NCBI GenBank assembly: GCA_963704725.1
Contig: OY969934.1
Location: 2,784,001 to 2,848,000 of the forward strand
Length of the DNA: 64,000 nucleotides
Source of the DNA: an uncultured Actinomycetes bacterium
GTDB taxonomy: Bacteria > Actinomycetota > UBA4738 > HRBIN12
Direction: 5' to 3'
Both the position numbers and the translations under genes were made by a program. Below are positions 51,368 through 60,222 of this stretch, one piece after another (position 1 is the first letter of the stretch; the number at the start of each line of letters is the position of its first letter). The notes under the pieces are model-generated. The model did no database searches, had not been told where the DNA came from, and saw only the letters and a program-made list of their open reading frames with translations.

Positions 51368-53023
51368 ATGTCGATCACCGGTCCACTTCACCGACGGGCC
51401 CGAGCGCTCACCGTCATCGCGCTCGTGGTGGCCATGGCAACCACGTACACGGTGGCTCGCGCATCGAGGCGACCCGCCGTCCCCTACAGCGATCGCTGCA
51501 CCGCCGGCGCCCCCGACGCCGACCGGGATCGGCTCCCCGACTGCTGGGAGCGCAAGAACGGGCTCGACCCGAGCCGGGCGGACGCCGGGACCGATCTGGA
51601 CCGCGACGGCCTCCGGGCGATCGAGGAGTTCGTCCTCGACATGCGCGGGGACGGCCGGCCCCTGTTCCCCTACCGGGCATCCGTCCGCGACAGCAACGGC
51701 AATGGGACGGCGGACGGCGATGAGGACCTCGACGGGGACGGGCTCTCCAACAGGTCGGAGCTCGAGAACGGAACCGACCCGTTCGATCCGGCCGATCCGC
51801 CGACGGCGGGCTCCAGGCCGAAGCCGAGCCCGAGCCCCTCGCCGACGAAGCCGCCCCACGGCCCACCTCCGTCGCCGACCACTCCACCGACCCCGAGCCC
51901 AACACCTTCGGTGCCGCCATCGCCGTCGCCGTCTCTGCCTCCGAGCCCCGGCCCCACGCCGGGCCCGTCGTCGTGCGCCACCCCGCCGAGCTCGATCGCC
52001 TCCGACGGGTCGCACGACGTGCGCGCCGAGCTGCAGGCCTTCATCGACGGGGTCCCGGACGGATCGTGCATCACGCTTCCCTCCGGGGCCAGGTACCGCG
52101 TGGACGACACCCTGTACCTCCGGGAGCGCCACGACCTGACGATCAACGCCGCCGGCGCCACGATCTTCACGGACACGCTCGACCCGATCAACCCGGACGG
52201 GAAGGGCGGGGGGAGCTCGGACCGACGCCAGCTCCAGATCCAGGGTGGGTCGAACATCACCCTGGACGGCCTGACGATCGACGGCCCCAACCCGACGGGC
52301 GCCTACCTCCAGGAGCGTGAGCCCGAGGCGGGCCTGGCCGTGCAGGGAACCCAGGTCGCCCTGCTGGCGAACCTCACGATCCGAGAGGTCTACGGCGACT
52401 TCGCGGTCATCACCGACTACAACCCTTCCCCGGGGAACCCCGCGACGACGATCCCCGCCCGGGGCGTCGTGCTCACCGGAGGCCATTTCGAGGTGGCCGG
52501 GCGTCAGGGCGTGGCGATGACCGGCAACTCGGAGAACACCACGATCGACGGCAACAGCTTCCGCGACATGTCCCGGTCGGGGATCGACATCGAGTTGCTG
52601 CCCGGCCGGACGGTCTCCGACGCCAGGATCACGAACAACGTGTTCCAGGAGTTCGGCCTGAACTGGATCGCGATGGGCGGCCGCTCATCGGTCAACGGCG
52701 CGTACTTCGGACACAACCGGATCGTCGGAGACACGATGCGCCTCAAGATCGGGCCTCCCGCCGGCGTGTACGGCGTCGTGCACCAGCACCTGACGTTCGA
52801 CGGCAACACCTCGGACGTGCTCGCTCAAGGCGACACCGCCCTGTTCAGCTTCCGGTACGTCAACCACGTGCTGATCGTGGGCAACGTGCAGCACTTCGCC
52901 CCGAACACCGCCGGCGTGATCGTCTCGGCGGACGGCGGGTGCGACTACACGGTGGAGAACAACGACTTCGCCGGCATGACGACGATGTTCGCGACGCCGC
53001 GCCCGCCCGCCTGCTCGGCCTGA
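51368..53023 (+). CDS. Secreted protein: DxDxDG Ca-binding (TSP3-like) repeats, Pro/Ser linker, pectate-lyase-like beta-helix
   Basis: Signal peptide; DADRDRLPD.WE, DLDRDGL, DLDGDGLSN..E...GTDP; PSP linker; LQAFID, G.SNITLDG, GIDIE beta-helix repeats. Confidence 0.78.
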   Translation: MSITGPLHRRARALTVIALVVAMATTYTVARASRRPAVPYSDRCTAGAPDADRDRLPDCWERKNGLDPSRADAGTDLDRDGLRAIEEFVLDMRGDGRPLFPYRASVRDSNGNGTADGDEDLDGDGLSNRSELENGTDPFDPADPPTAGSRPKPSPSPSPTKPPHGPPPSPTTPPTPSPTPSVPPSPSPSLPPSPGPTPGPSSCATPPSSIASDGSHDVRAELQAFIDGVPDGSCITLPSGARYRVDDTLYLRERHDLTINAAGATIFTDTLDPINPDGKGGGSSDRRQLQIQGGSNITLDGLTIDGPNPTGAYLQEREPEAGLAVQGTQVALLANLTIREVYGDFAVITDYNPSPGNPATTIPARGVVLTGGHFEVAGRQGVAMTGNSENTTIDGNSFRDMSRSGIDIELLPGRTVSDARITNNVFQEFGLNWIAMGGRSSVNGAYFGHNRIVGDTMRLKIGPPAGVYGVVHQHLTFDGNTSDVLAQGDTALFSFRYVNHVLIVGNVQHFAPNTAGVIVSADGGCDYTVENNDFAGMTTMFATPRPPACSA

Positions 53024-53251
53024 AGAGCGCGATCGGTCGACCCCGCCCTCGGCGCTCGGGGGCGGGGTTCCACCGGCGAGCATCCCCGGAGAAGGCGCCG
53101 GTCGCGAGGGCACGTCCCCGCGGACCCCGGCGCTCCCGTCACGTCCCGTAGGAAAAACACGTAGTCCAACGCATCCTTGGAGCGGTGCCCGCTCGATACG
53201 GTAGGTTGCTCAAGGCAGCGGCGAGGTAACCCCCCGACAAGGAGCCGGCTC

Positions 53252-53914
53252 GTGACCGATCGAGACACCCAGCCCCATCCCATCAGCCGCAGGCAGGTCC
53301 TGCGTGGCGCCGCGGTCGCTGGGGCCGTGGCGTGGGCGACGCCGGTGATCCAGTCGATCAATCCGACGCGTGCGTACGCGGGGACCCCGTCGCAGCAGTG
53401 CTACTCGGTGATCATCGACGCGAACGGGCAGTGCGTCCCCGTCCAGAACGCCGCGGCGTACAACTGCGTCACTCCGGAGCTCGGCGAGACGGACGGATGC
53501 GGCTTCGTGAGCGCGAGATCCGGCCCGGGTGGCGTCACGGTCGCCGTGGCCGAAGGGGTCCAGGTCGTCGACACGGGAACGAGCTCGGACGGGAACTGTC
53601 AGCCGGCGCTGTCGTCGGCGGACGCCCGGACGTGGGCGTTCTCCGGAGCGAGGGCCGACACCACGTCGCAGGTCGAGATGGTGGTCTGCGTCCCGATCGG
53701 CGGGGTGACCGGCCCCACGGGCGCGAGCGGTGCCACGGGAACCACGGGTGCCCCCGGCGCCCCGGGAGCGGACGGGGCCGGACCCACGGGCGCGAGCGGC
53801 GCGACGGGCTCCAGCGGCGCGACGGGCTCCAGCGGCGCGACGGGAGCCAGCGGCGCGACGGGCCCGAGCGGCGCGACGGGAGCCAGCGGCGCCAGCGGAA
53901 CGACCGGGAACTGA
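53252..53914 (+). CDS. Twin-arginine-leader secreted protein with 6-Cys domain and collagen-like G-X-T/S tail
   Basis: [33 protein letters not shown] leader; about 22 Gly-X-Y triplets at 53702-53911; RBS AAGGAG before GTG. Confidence 0.75.
   Translation: MTDRDTQPHPISRRQVLRGAAVAGAVAWATPVIQSINPTRAYAGTPSQQCYSVIIDANGQCVPVQNAAAYNCVTPELGETDGCGFVSARSGPGGVTVAVAEGVQVVDTGTSSDGNCQPALSSADARTWAFSGARADTTSQVEMVVCVPIGGVTGPTGASGATGTTGAPGAPGADGAGPTGASGATGSSGATGSSGATGASGATGPSGATGASGASGTTGN
53702..53911 (+). repeat. Collagen-like triplet repeat (9/18-bp units)
   Basis: Repeated agcggcgcgacggg(c/a) units encoding GAT/GAS/GSS/GPT. Confidence 0.85.
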
Positions 53915-53951
53915 CGGGACCGACGCGGCCGGCGGCGCGCGCGTGCCGCCC

Positions 53952-54821
53952 TCACCTGCGGGATCGCGCCACCTCGCGTTCGGGCGAGTCCCGCGAGGCG
54001 CCTCGGACGACCTCCAAGACGGATCGAACGGCCTCGTCCAGGTCGTCGATCCGGATCCGGTAGCATCGTGCGCCGCCGATCACGCGGCCGAGCAACTCGA
54101 TCCCCGCGGCGCCGAACCGGTCCAGATAGAAGGCGTTGCGGGCCATCACCATGAGCGCCTCGGCGCGGGCGATCGGCTCGAGCTCACCACCCGCGCCGGC
54201 CTCGTACCTCGGCGCGATGACGAACCGCACCGGACAGGGCCGTCCGAGAGCCCTGGCCCGCAGGTCGCTGGGCCGCACGTGGAACTGACGGCCCGTGGTC
54301 CATCGCATCCGGCTCGACTTCTCTTTGAACACGGCCTCGACGGAGGGCTTCGCCAGCCACAGGGACCGGGGGAAGGGCTGGAGCAGGCCGGTCCTCGGGT
54401 CGATCAAGGCCGCCTCGTCCGTGAGGTAGGCGCATCCGGCGCGCGTGAGCCCGGCGACGAGCGTGCTCTTGCCCGAATCGGGCGGCGCGGGAAGGACGAT
54501 GCCCGAGCCGCGCCACGACGCCGCGGCCGCGTGCACGGCGAAGAAGCCGTGATCCGAGCCGATCGCCTTCGTGCTGATGTCCCACAGCGTGAACTCGAGG
54601 ATCCGCGAGGGCGTTCGGCCGCGGTGCAGCGACGAGCCGTTCAGGTACACGGCCCACGGCTTCTCCTGCCCCGGCTCCCGGCGAAGCTCGTAGACGGGGA
54701 CCTCGGGGCCCACGTCCACCTCGAAGGGCGCGAGGAAGCGCCGGAGGAAGGCACCGAGCCGGGGGGACGCCACGATTCGGAGCGGATAGGCGAGGACCCG
54801 GTAGCGACGTTCGATCGACAT
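53952..54821 (-). CDS. HprK-related kinase
   Basis: VHAAAA..RG.GIVLPAPPDSGKSTL...L...G..YLTDE.A.ID, PFPR.L, P.Y..G. Alternative start 54878. Confidence 0.8.
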   Translation of the reverse strand: MSIERRYRVLAYPLRIVASPRLGAFLRRFLAPFEVDVGPEVPVYELRREPGQEKPWAVYLNGSSLHRGRTPSRILEFTLWDISTKAIGSDHGFFAVHAAAASWRGSGIVLPAPPDSGKSTLVAGLTRAGCAYLTDEAALIDPRTGLLQPFPRSLWLAKPSVEAVFKEKSSRMRWTTGRQFHVRPSDLRARALGRPCPVRFVIAPRYEAGAGGELEPIARAEALMVMARNAFYLDRFGAAGIELLGRVIGGARCYRIRIDDLDEAVRSVLEVVRGASRDSPEREVARSRR

Positions 54822-54896
54822 GGGTGGGGTGGCTGGTAGCGCGACGATACGCGAACCGCGCCCGGGGGCGCCGATCATCGGCGCGGCTTGGCAGTG

Positions 54897-55277
54897 TCAG
54901 GTGCAGTTGCAGGGCGTGCAGGGGCTCGCGCTGCACGAGCACGAGTTCAGGCCGGAGTCGAAGTCGTGATTCGCGTACCCCTGGCTGCGGCACAGGGCCT
55001 GGCAATCCGCGTCGTTGTTCGGGACGAGCGGAGGCGCCCCATTCGCTGCGCAGCTGCAGGCGAGGACGCCGGCCTTCGTGGGGCGCCAGCAGTAGCAGCA
55101 GTAGAACCTGGCCGAGCCCTGGACCGTGTGGGCGTAGGCCGGCTTCGCGATGCTCTGAACGGCGGGAGCCGCCCACAGGAGCGTGCCGCCCACGATCGCA
55201 CCGCGCCGAAGCAGGTCCCGGCGCGAGAGGCCGGGCTCCTTCCCCGGGTCGATCTTCTTCGGGGCGCGGTCCGTCAT
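54897..55277 (-). CDS. Small twin-arginine-leader Cys-rich protein / possible peptide precursor
   Basis: LSRRDLLRRGAIVGGTLLWAAPAVQSIAKPAYA leader (49 aa), then 77 aa with 12 Cys; RBS AAGGGGAG. Confidence 0.75.
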   Translation of the reverse strand: MTDRAPKKIDPGKEPGLSRRDLLRRGAIVGGTLLWAAPAVQSIAKPAYAHTVQGSARFYCCYCWRPTKAGVLACSCAANGAPPLVPNNDADCQALCRSQGYANHDFDSGLNSCSCSASPCTPCNCT

Positions 55278-55310
55278 CGGGGACTCCCCTTCGCCGCTCG
55301 TTCCTGGACC

Positions 55311-56549
55311 CTACGGTGCGTCCTCGCCGAGCCGGATGGGCTGTCCGTCGTATCTTTCCTGCGACGGCCCGTGTGACTTCTCCTGCCCCAGGTGGGCGCG
55401 GATCCGGGCGACCGCCTCACCGAGCCGCTCGACGTGAACCGCCGTCATGTCCGAGGTCAGGGGGAGCGCCAGCGCGGCCCGTGCTGCGGCCTCCGTCACC
55501 GGGAGGTCGACCCCGGCCGCGAGGGCTCGGTACGCGCGCATCTGGTGAACGGGCGGAGAGTAGTAGCGCCGGGTCTCGACCCCCTCCGCGGACAGGGCCT
55601 CCGCGAGCTCGTCGGCGGACAGGCCGAACGCCGCCTCGTCCACGAGGATCGTCAGGTCCTTGTACGTCGAGCGGTCCTCGCCTCGCACGTGCGGGAACCC
55701 GATGCCGGGGATCGCTCCCATCACGTCCCGGTACCGCGCCGCCATCTCGCCCCGCTCGGCGATCCGCTCCTCGAGGTCGTCGAAGGACGCCAGTGCCAGC
55801 GCGGCGTGCAGCTCGGACATCCGCGCGTTGAGCCCGACGAATCGGCAGTCGTAGTCGCCGGGGTTCCCGTAGTTGCGCCCGATCCGGCAGCGTTCGGCGA
55901 GGAGATCGTCGTTGGTGGCGATGATCCCCCCCTCGCCGGCGATGAGCGTCTTGGTGGGGGTCATGCTGAAGACCTCTGCGACGCCGAACCCCCCGACCTG
56001 CTGACCCGCTCGCCGCGCGCCGAACGCGTGTGCCGCGTCGAAGAAGAGCCCGATGCCGTTTCGGCTCGCCACCTCGGCCAGCCCCTGCACGTCGCAGGGA
56101 GCCCCGTACAGGTGCGTGGCGAGGATGGCCGAGACCCGCACGCCGATGGCGCGCTCGGCTGCGGTCGGGGAGAGCGTCAGGGTCCGGGGATCCACGTCCG
56201 CGAAGACCGGCCGCAGCCCGTTCCAGGCGACCGCGTGGGCCGTGGCCGCGAACGTGAACGACGGCACGATCACGTCACCGGAGACCTCCGCAGCGCGGAG
56301 CGTGAGCATCAGCCCGGTGGTGCAGGACGCCACGGCCAGGCAGTGACGGACGCCGAGGTACTCGGCGGCCCGCTCCTCGAGCCGGCGGACGGTCGGACCG
56401 TCGGTGAGCACGCCGCTGGACACGATGCGCTCGAGCTCGCGGGCCAGCGCGGCGGGGTCGGCGAACCGGGGACGCGCGAGGGGCAGGCCCCCGGGGAACG
56501 CCGGGCTCCCCCCTCGGGCGGCGGGCAGGTCCACGGCTTCAACGCGCAT
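55311..56549 (-). CDS. DegT/DnrJ/EryC1/StrS-family sugar aminotransferase
   Basis: ASCTTGL, VPSFTF.AT, DAAHAFG, FSMTPTK...GEGG (PLP Lys), GLNARMSE, ALPL. Confidence 0.92.
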   Translation of the reverse strand: MRVEAVDLPAARGGSPAFPGGLPLARPRFADPAALARELERIVSSGVLTDGPTVRRLEERAAEYLGVRHCLAVASCTTGLMLTLRAAEVSGDVIVPSFTFAATAHAVAWNGLRPVFADVDPRTLTLSPTAAERAIGVRVSAILATHLYGAPCDVQGLAEVASRNGIGLFFDAAHAFGARRAGQQVGGFGVAEVFSMTPTKTLIAGEGGIIATNDDLLAERCRIGRNYGNPGDYDCRFVGLNARMSELHAALALASFDDLEERIAERGEMAARYRDVMGAIPGIGFPHVRGEDRSTYKDLTILVDEAAFGLSADELAEALSAEGVETRRYYSPPVHQMRAYRALAAGVDLPVTEAAARAALALPLTSDMTAVHVERLGEAVARIRAHLGQEKSHGPSQERYDGQPIRLGEDAP

Positions 56550-56653
56550 CCATACCTCCATTCAGGTCGAACGTCGGCATGGCCCCCCACCGTGCCCCAG
56601 GGCACCGTAGTGAGCCCGCCCGCGCCGACCAAGGCTTCGGCAACGTATCTCCC

Positions 56654-57622
56654 CTACCGCGAACGCAGTGGTCCGGCCCGGTTGGCACGCCACAGAAGGA
56701 GAACCCCGGCCGACGCCGCGATCGCCGCCGCGGCCGCGATCGCGGCGGCGGCCGGCGTCGGGACCCTCGTCGCCGCCCACCCCAGCGCGGCCAGCAGGGC
56801 TCCGCCGGCGACCATGACCGCCGTGGACCGCGTCCGGCTCGAGAGCTGCAAGGTAAGGAGGTCGTACACGTGCGCGCGATCGCCCCCCGTCAGGGACTCG
56901 CGCCGGATCGCCCGCCGGATCACCGTCGAGCCGATCTCGAGCCAGAACACACCGAGACAGACCACGACGCCGAGCAGCGCGGGCCACGAGGGTGTGGCCG
57001 ACGCCGCGAGCAGCACGAGGGCTCCGGCGACGGCATACGCCCCGCCGTCGCCGAGGAAGACCCTCGCCGGCGGACGGTTCCACAGCAGGAAGGCCAGCAG
57101 GGCCGCCACGAGCGCGGGGCCCAGCGCCCCGGGATCCCCTTGCGCCGCAAGGATCAGCGCGATGCCGCCCGCCGCGACCATGGCGAGTCCGCCGGCGAGC
57201 CCGTCCTGCCCGTCCACGATGTTCACGGCGTTGGCCAGCGCGGGCACGGCGAGCACGACCGCCGCCTTGCCCACTCCGCCCAGCGGCGAGAACGTCACGC
57301 CCCCCACCGCCATCATGCCGCCGGCGACGAGCTCCACGGCCAGCCGGGCCAGGGCCGGCAGGCCCGCGAGGTCGTCGGCCGCGCCGACGGCGAGCAACGC
57401 AAGGATCGCCGCCACCGACCACAGCGCGGGGCGTTCGCCCACGATGGCGATCGCGGCGAGCGTCGCCGTCGCCACCGCCAGTCCTCCCGTGAGGGGCTTG
57501 GGCTCGGCGTGGATCTTGAGGCCGTCGCCCGACGGTCGATCCACGAGGCCCACCGCCGGCCCCACGCGGGCCAGCAGCGGCGTCAGGACGAGGCCGATGG
57601 CGAGGGCGAGGATGAACGGCAT
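56654..57622 (-). CDS. MraY/WecA-family undecaprenyl-phosphate HexNAc-1-phosphate transferase
   Basis: VDRP..KIH..P.P..GG, GAADD, NAVNIVDGQDGLA, WN.PPARVFLGDGG, DRAH; multi-TM. Confidence 0.88.
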   Translation of the reverse strand: MPFILALAIGLVLTPLLARVGPAVGLVDRPSGDGLKIHAEPKPLTGGLAVATATLAAIAIVGERPALWSVAAILALLAVGAADDLAGLPALARLAVELVAGGMMAVGGVTFSPLGGVGKAAVVLAVPALANAVNIVDGQDGLAGGLAMVAAGGIALILAAQGDPGALGPALVAALLAFLLWNRPPARVFLGDGGAYAVAGALVLLAASATPSWPALLGVVVCLGVFWLEIGSTVIRRAIRRESLTGGDRAHVYDLLTLQLSSRTRSTAVMVAGGALLAALGWAATRVPTPAAAAIAAAAAIAASAGVLLLWRANRAGPLRSR

Positions 57623-59431
57623 CGGTAGACGCAGACGTAGCTCGGCACGCCGTCGTGCAGCGCGATCTCTCCTCGCGGCTCGAACCCGACCCGTTTCACG
57701 ACCCGCCGCATGGTCAGGTTGTCCGCCGCCACGTAGCACTTGATCTCGTCCACCCCCAGCTCCTCGAGGGCGAGGAGGGCCTCGAGCGTCAGCTCGGTCC
57801 CCAGGCCCGGGGCGGTCTTCGGCCGGATGCCGATCAGCGTGTGCTCGGCGTCGGGCAGGCCCTCGGTCTGCTCCGGATACCGGAACAGCTCATACGCGCG
57901 GCGGAGGACGCCCGGGCGCAGAAGCCTGGGCGCGGCGCTGATCGCCGCGGGGACGCCGTACCGGAGCACGAACCGCCGCCGGAAGGCGCGCATCGAGACG
58001 GCACCCGACGTGTAGCCGATGACGTCCCCGCCGCGATCGGCCACGAACGTGGGGGTCGTGGGATCGTCGACCAGCGCTCGGAACAGGTGCCGCAGGAAAG
58101 GCTCCCCGAGCATGGGCAGGAACGCCTTCGTCATGACGCCGGCGTGAAGCGTTGCCATGGCCCGGACGTCCGCGCGCGTCGCCGGCCGGATGACCACATC
58201 GCGCAGCCCCTCCAACTCCACCGGCCGCACCCGCCGGCGCCGCTCGGGCAGGAGGGGGCGGTAGACGCCGACCACCCGCGACGCCACGGCGCGCTCGTCG
58301 AAGCGCTCCAGCGCGCGCTCCCGGGCGGCGCGCGAGAGACGGTCGCGCAGGCCGGCGTCACCCAGGAGACGATCGATCGCCTCCGTGAGCCCAGGCGCGT
58401 CGCGGGGCGGCACCAGCAGAGCCTCCACGCCGTCCCGCGCCACCTCGCGGCAGCCCCGGATGTCGGTCAGGACCATGGCCCGGCCCATGGCCGCCGCCTC
58501 GATGGCCGAGCGCGGCATCCCTTCCCGCCACGAGGGGAGCACGAACACGTCCATCAGCGCGAGCAGGTCACGGACATCGCTGCGGTAGCCGGCGAACACC
58601 ACGTCGGAAGCGACGGTCTCGCGCTCCGCGGCGGAGATCGCATCGTCCTTGTCGGGGTCGGACGGCCCGATGGCCAGGAACACCACGCCGGGGCGCCGGG
58701 CCCGGATGGCCCGAGCGGCGTGGAAGAACTCCCGATAGCCCTTCTCCTGCACCAGTCGCCCCACCATGCCCACCACGAGGGCATCGGGGTCGATGCCCGA
58801 GCTCGGCTCGAGCGGCGGCGAGCCGATCGGGATCGACGGCCGCGGCGTCGAACGTGGACAGGTCGGTGCCGTTGCCGAGGTGGTGGGACCTCCCCCGGCG
58901 GCCGATGCGCAGGCGCCGCGCCCACCGCAGATCCTCCTCGCTCTGGTAGAGCTCCGCGTGGCTGAGGCGCGACGCGAGCCACTCAAGGGTCATGACGGGC
59001 ACGCGCTTGCGCGCGGGGTCCTCGGGCGTCGCCCAGAACCCATGGACCGTGTTGACGACGACCGGCACGCCGGCCACCCGCCCCGCCACCCGCCCCATCA
59101 GCCCCGGCTTGGGGTTGTGGGTGTGGACCACGTCGAACCGCCCTCGTCGGAGGATGCCGACCAGTTCGACGAACGCCCGGGCATCGGCGGCGGGGCTCCA
59201 CGCCCTCGTGGCGTTGCGCCACGCGACGTGCTCGATGCCCTCGTGTCGCAGATCGTCGACCCACTCCCCCGGCGCGCTGATCGCCGTGACCTCGAACCCC
59301 TCGTCCCGAAGGCGGCGAAGCTGCTCGAGCAGCAGGAACCGCAGCGTGAGATCCACGGTCGTCACGTGCGCCACGCGGTAGGGCCGCCGCGCGACCTCGG
59401 AGGTGGCCGGTGAACGACCCGTCCGCGTCAC
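57583..59431 (-). pseudogene. GT4 glycosyltransferase fused to a C-terminal GNAT domain, split by a 1-nt frameshift (pseudogene or sequencing error)
   Basis: One frame reads VHTHNPKPG..GNGTDL..RAELG and another reads IDPDALVVGMVGRLV.EKG..LPSWREGMP..EA followed by GNAT. Removing one base from the ccc at 58796-58798 restores ELGIDPD. Confidence 0.8.
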
Positions 59432-60222
59432 GCCGGCGCCCATGGACCCCTGCGGAGCGCCCGATACGCCAGCCGTTCCCCGTCCAGCCGTCCGCGCGCC
59501 TTCGCCCGGAAGAAGAACCCACCGTCGCTGCGCATGATCGGGGTCCGCCCCAGACGGTGGGGGTCGATGCGCCCCGCCCGGTTGGTCTTCCACGCTTCCA
59601 CGGCGGCGGTGGCGAACCGCCGGCGCGCCGTGCGCTCGGCGGCGGGGGACGCTTTGCCCCACGGGAAGGCGAAGTGTGAGCAGCGGGTGCCCAGACGGTC
59701 CTCCACGAGCTCGGCGGACCGGCGCATCTCCTCCTCGCTCTGTTGCTCGCCGGCGCGGGACAGGTCGACGTGTCCATGGGTGTGCGAGCCGACGGTCACG
59801 AGCCCCGTCGAGATGGCCTCCTCGAGCATGGGCCACGTCAGCGCGCCGCCGGGCCCCACCCCCGTGCGAGGGTCACCGGCCTCGACGAACGCCGTCGCCA
59901 GGTACAGGAGCGCCGGCAGGCGGTGCCGGACCAAGCTGGGCAGCACCGCATCGTGGAAGTCGCGGAACCCGTCGTCGATCGTGATCACGACGCCCCCCCG
60001 CGGATCCGACAGGGCGTCCTCCAGCGTCCGCACGCTGCCCTCGGCGGCGAGTGACGCCAGATGCTCGTCGAACAGAGCGCCGGGCACGTCGATCTCCCGA
60101 TCCCCCGCACCCACGCGGTGGTAGCACAGGATCGTGACGTCGCCGGGACGTCGCCGCGTGGCCACGCCGAGCGGCAACGCCGCGACCTTCACCCCCGTTC
60201 GGACCAGGCCCTCGACCGTCAT
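59428..60222 (-). CDS. Polysaccharide deacetylase (CE4/NodB family)
   Basis: ILCYHRV, ITIDDG, GSHTHGH, FAFPWG. Confidence 0.88.
   Translation of the reverse strand: MTVEGLVRTGVKVAALPLGVATRRRPGDVTILCYHRVGAGDREIDVPGALFDEHLASLAAEGSVRTLEDALSDPRGGVVITIDDGFRDFHDAVLPSLVRHRLPALLYLATAFVEAGDPRTGVGPGGALTWPMLEEAISTGLVTVGSHTHGHVDLSRAGEQQSEEEMRRSAELVEDRLGTRCSHFAFPWGKASPAAERTARRRFATAAVEAWKTNRAGRIDPHRLGRTPIMRSDGGFFFRAKARGRLDGERLAYRALRRGPWAPA

Noticed and set aside
14760-53169. Shared 10-mer CGTAGTCCAA in two intergenic regions (14760-14769 reverse; 53160-53169)
   Set aside because: A single non-palindromic 10-bp match is expected by chance; not enough to call an operator.
53780-53911. Short tandem repeats as a CRISPR array
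   Set aside because: They are in-frame collagen-coding repeats without unique spacers, and no cas genes are present.
53252-55277. Canonical lasso peptide cluster
   Set aside because: There is no lasso cyclase, B2 protease or PqqD/RRE gene in the window, and the cores are too long and Cys-rich.
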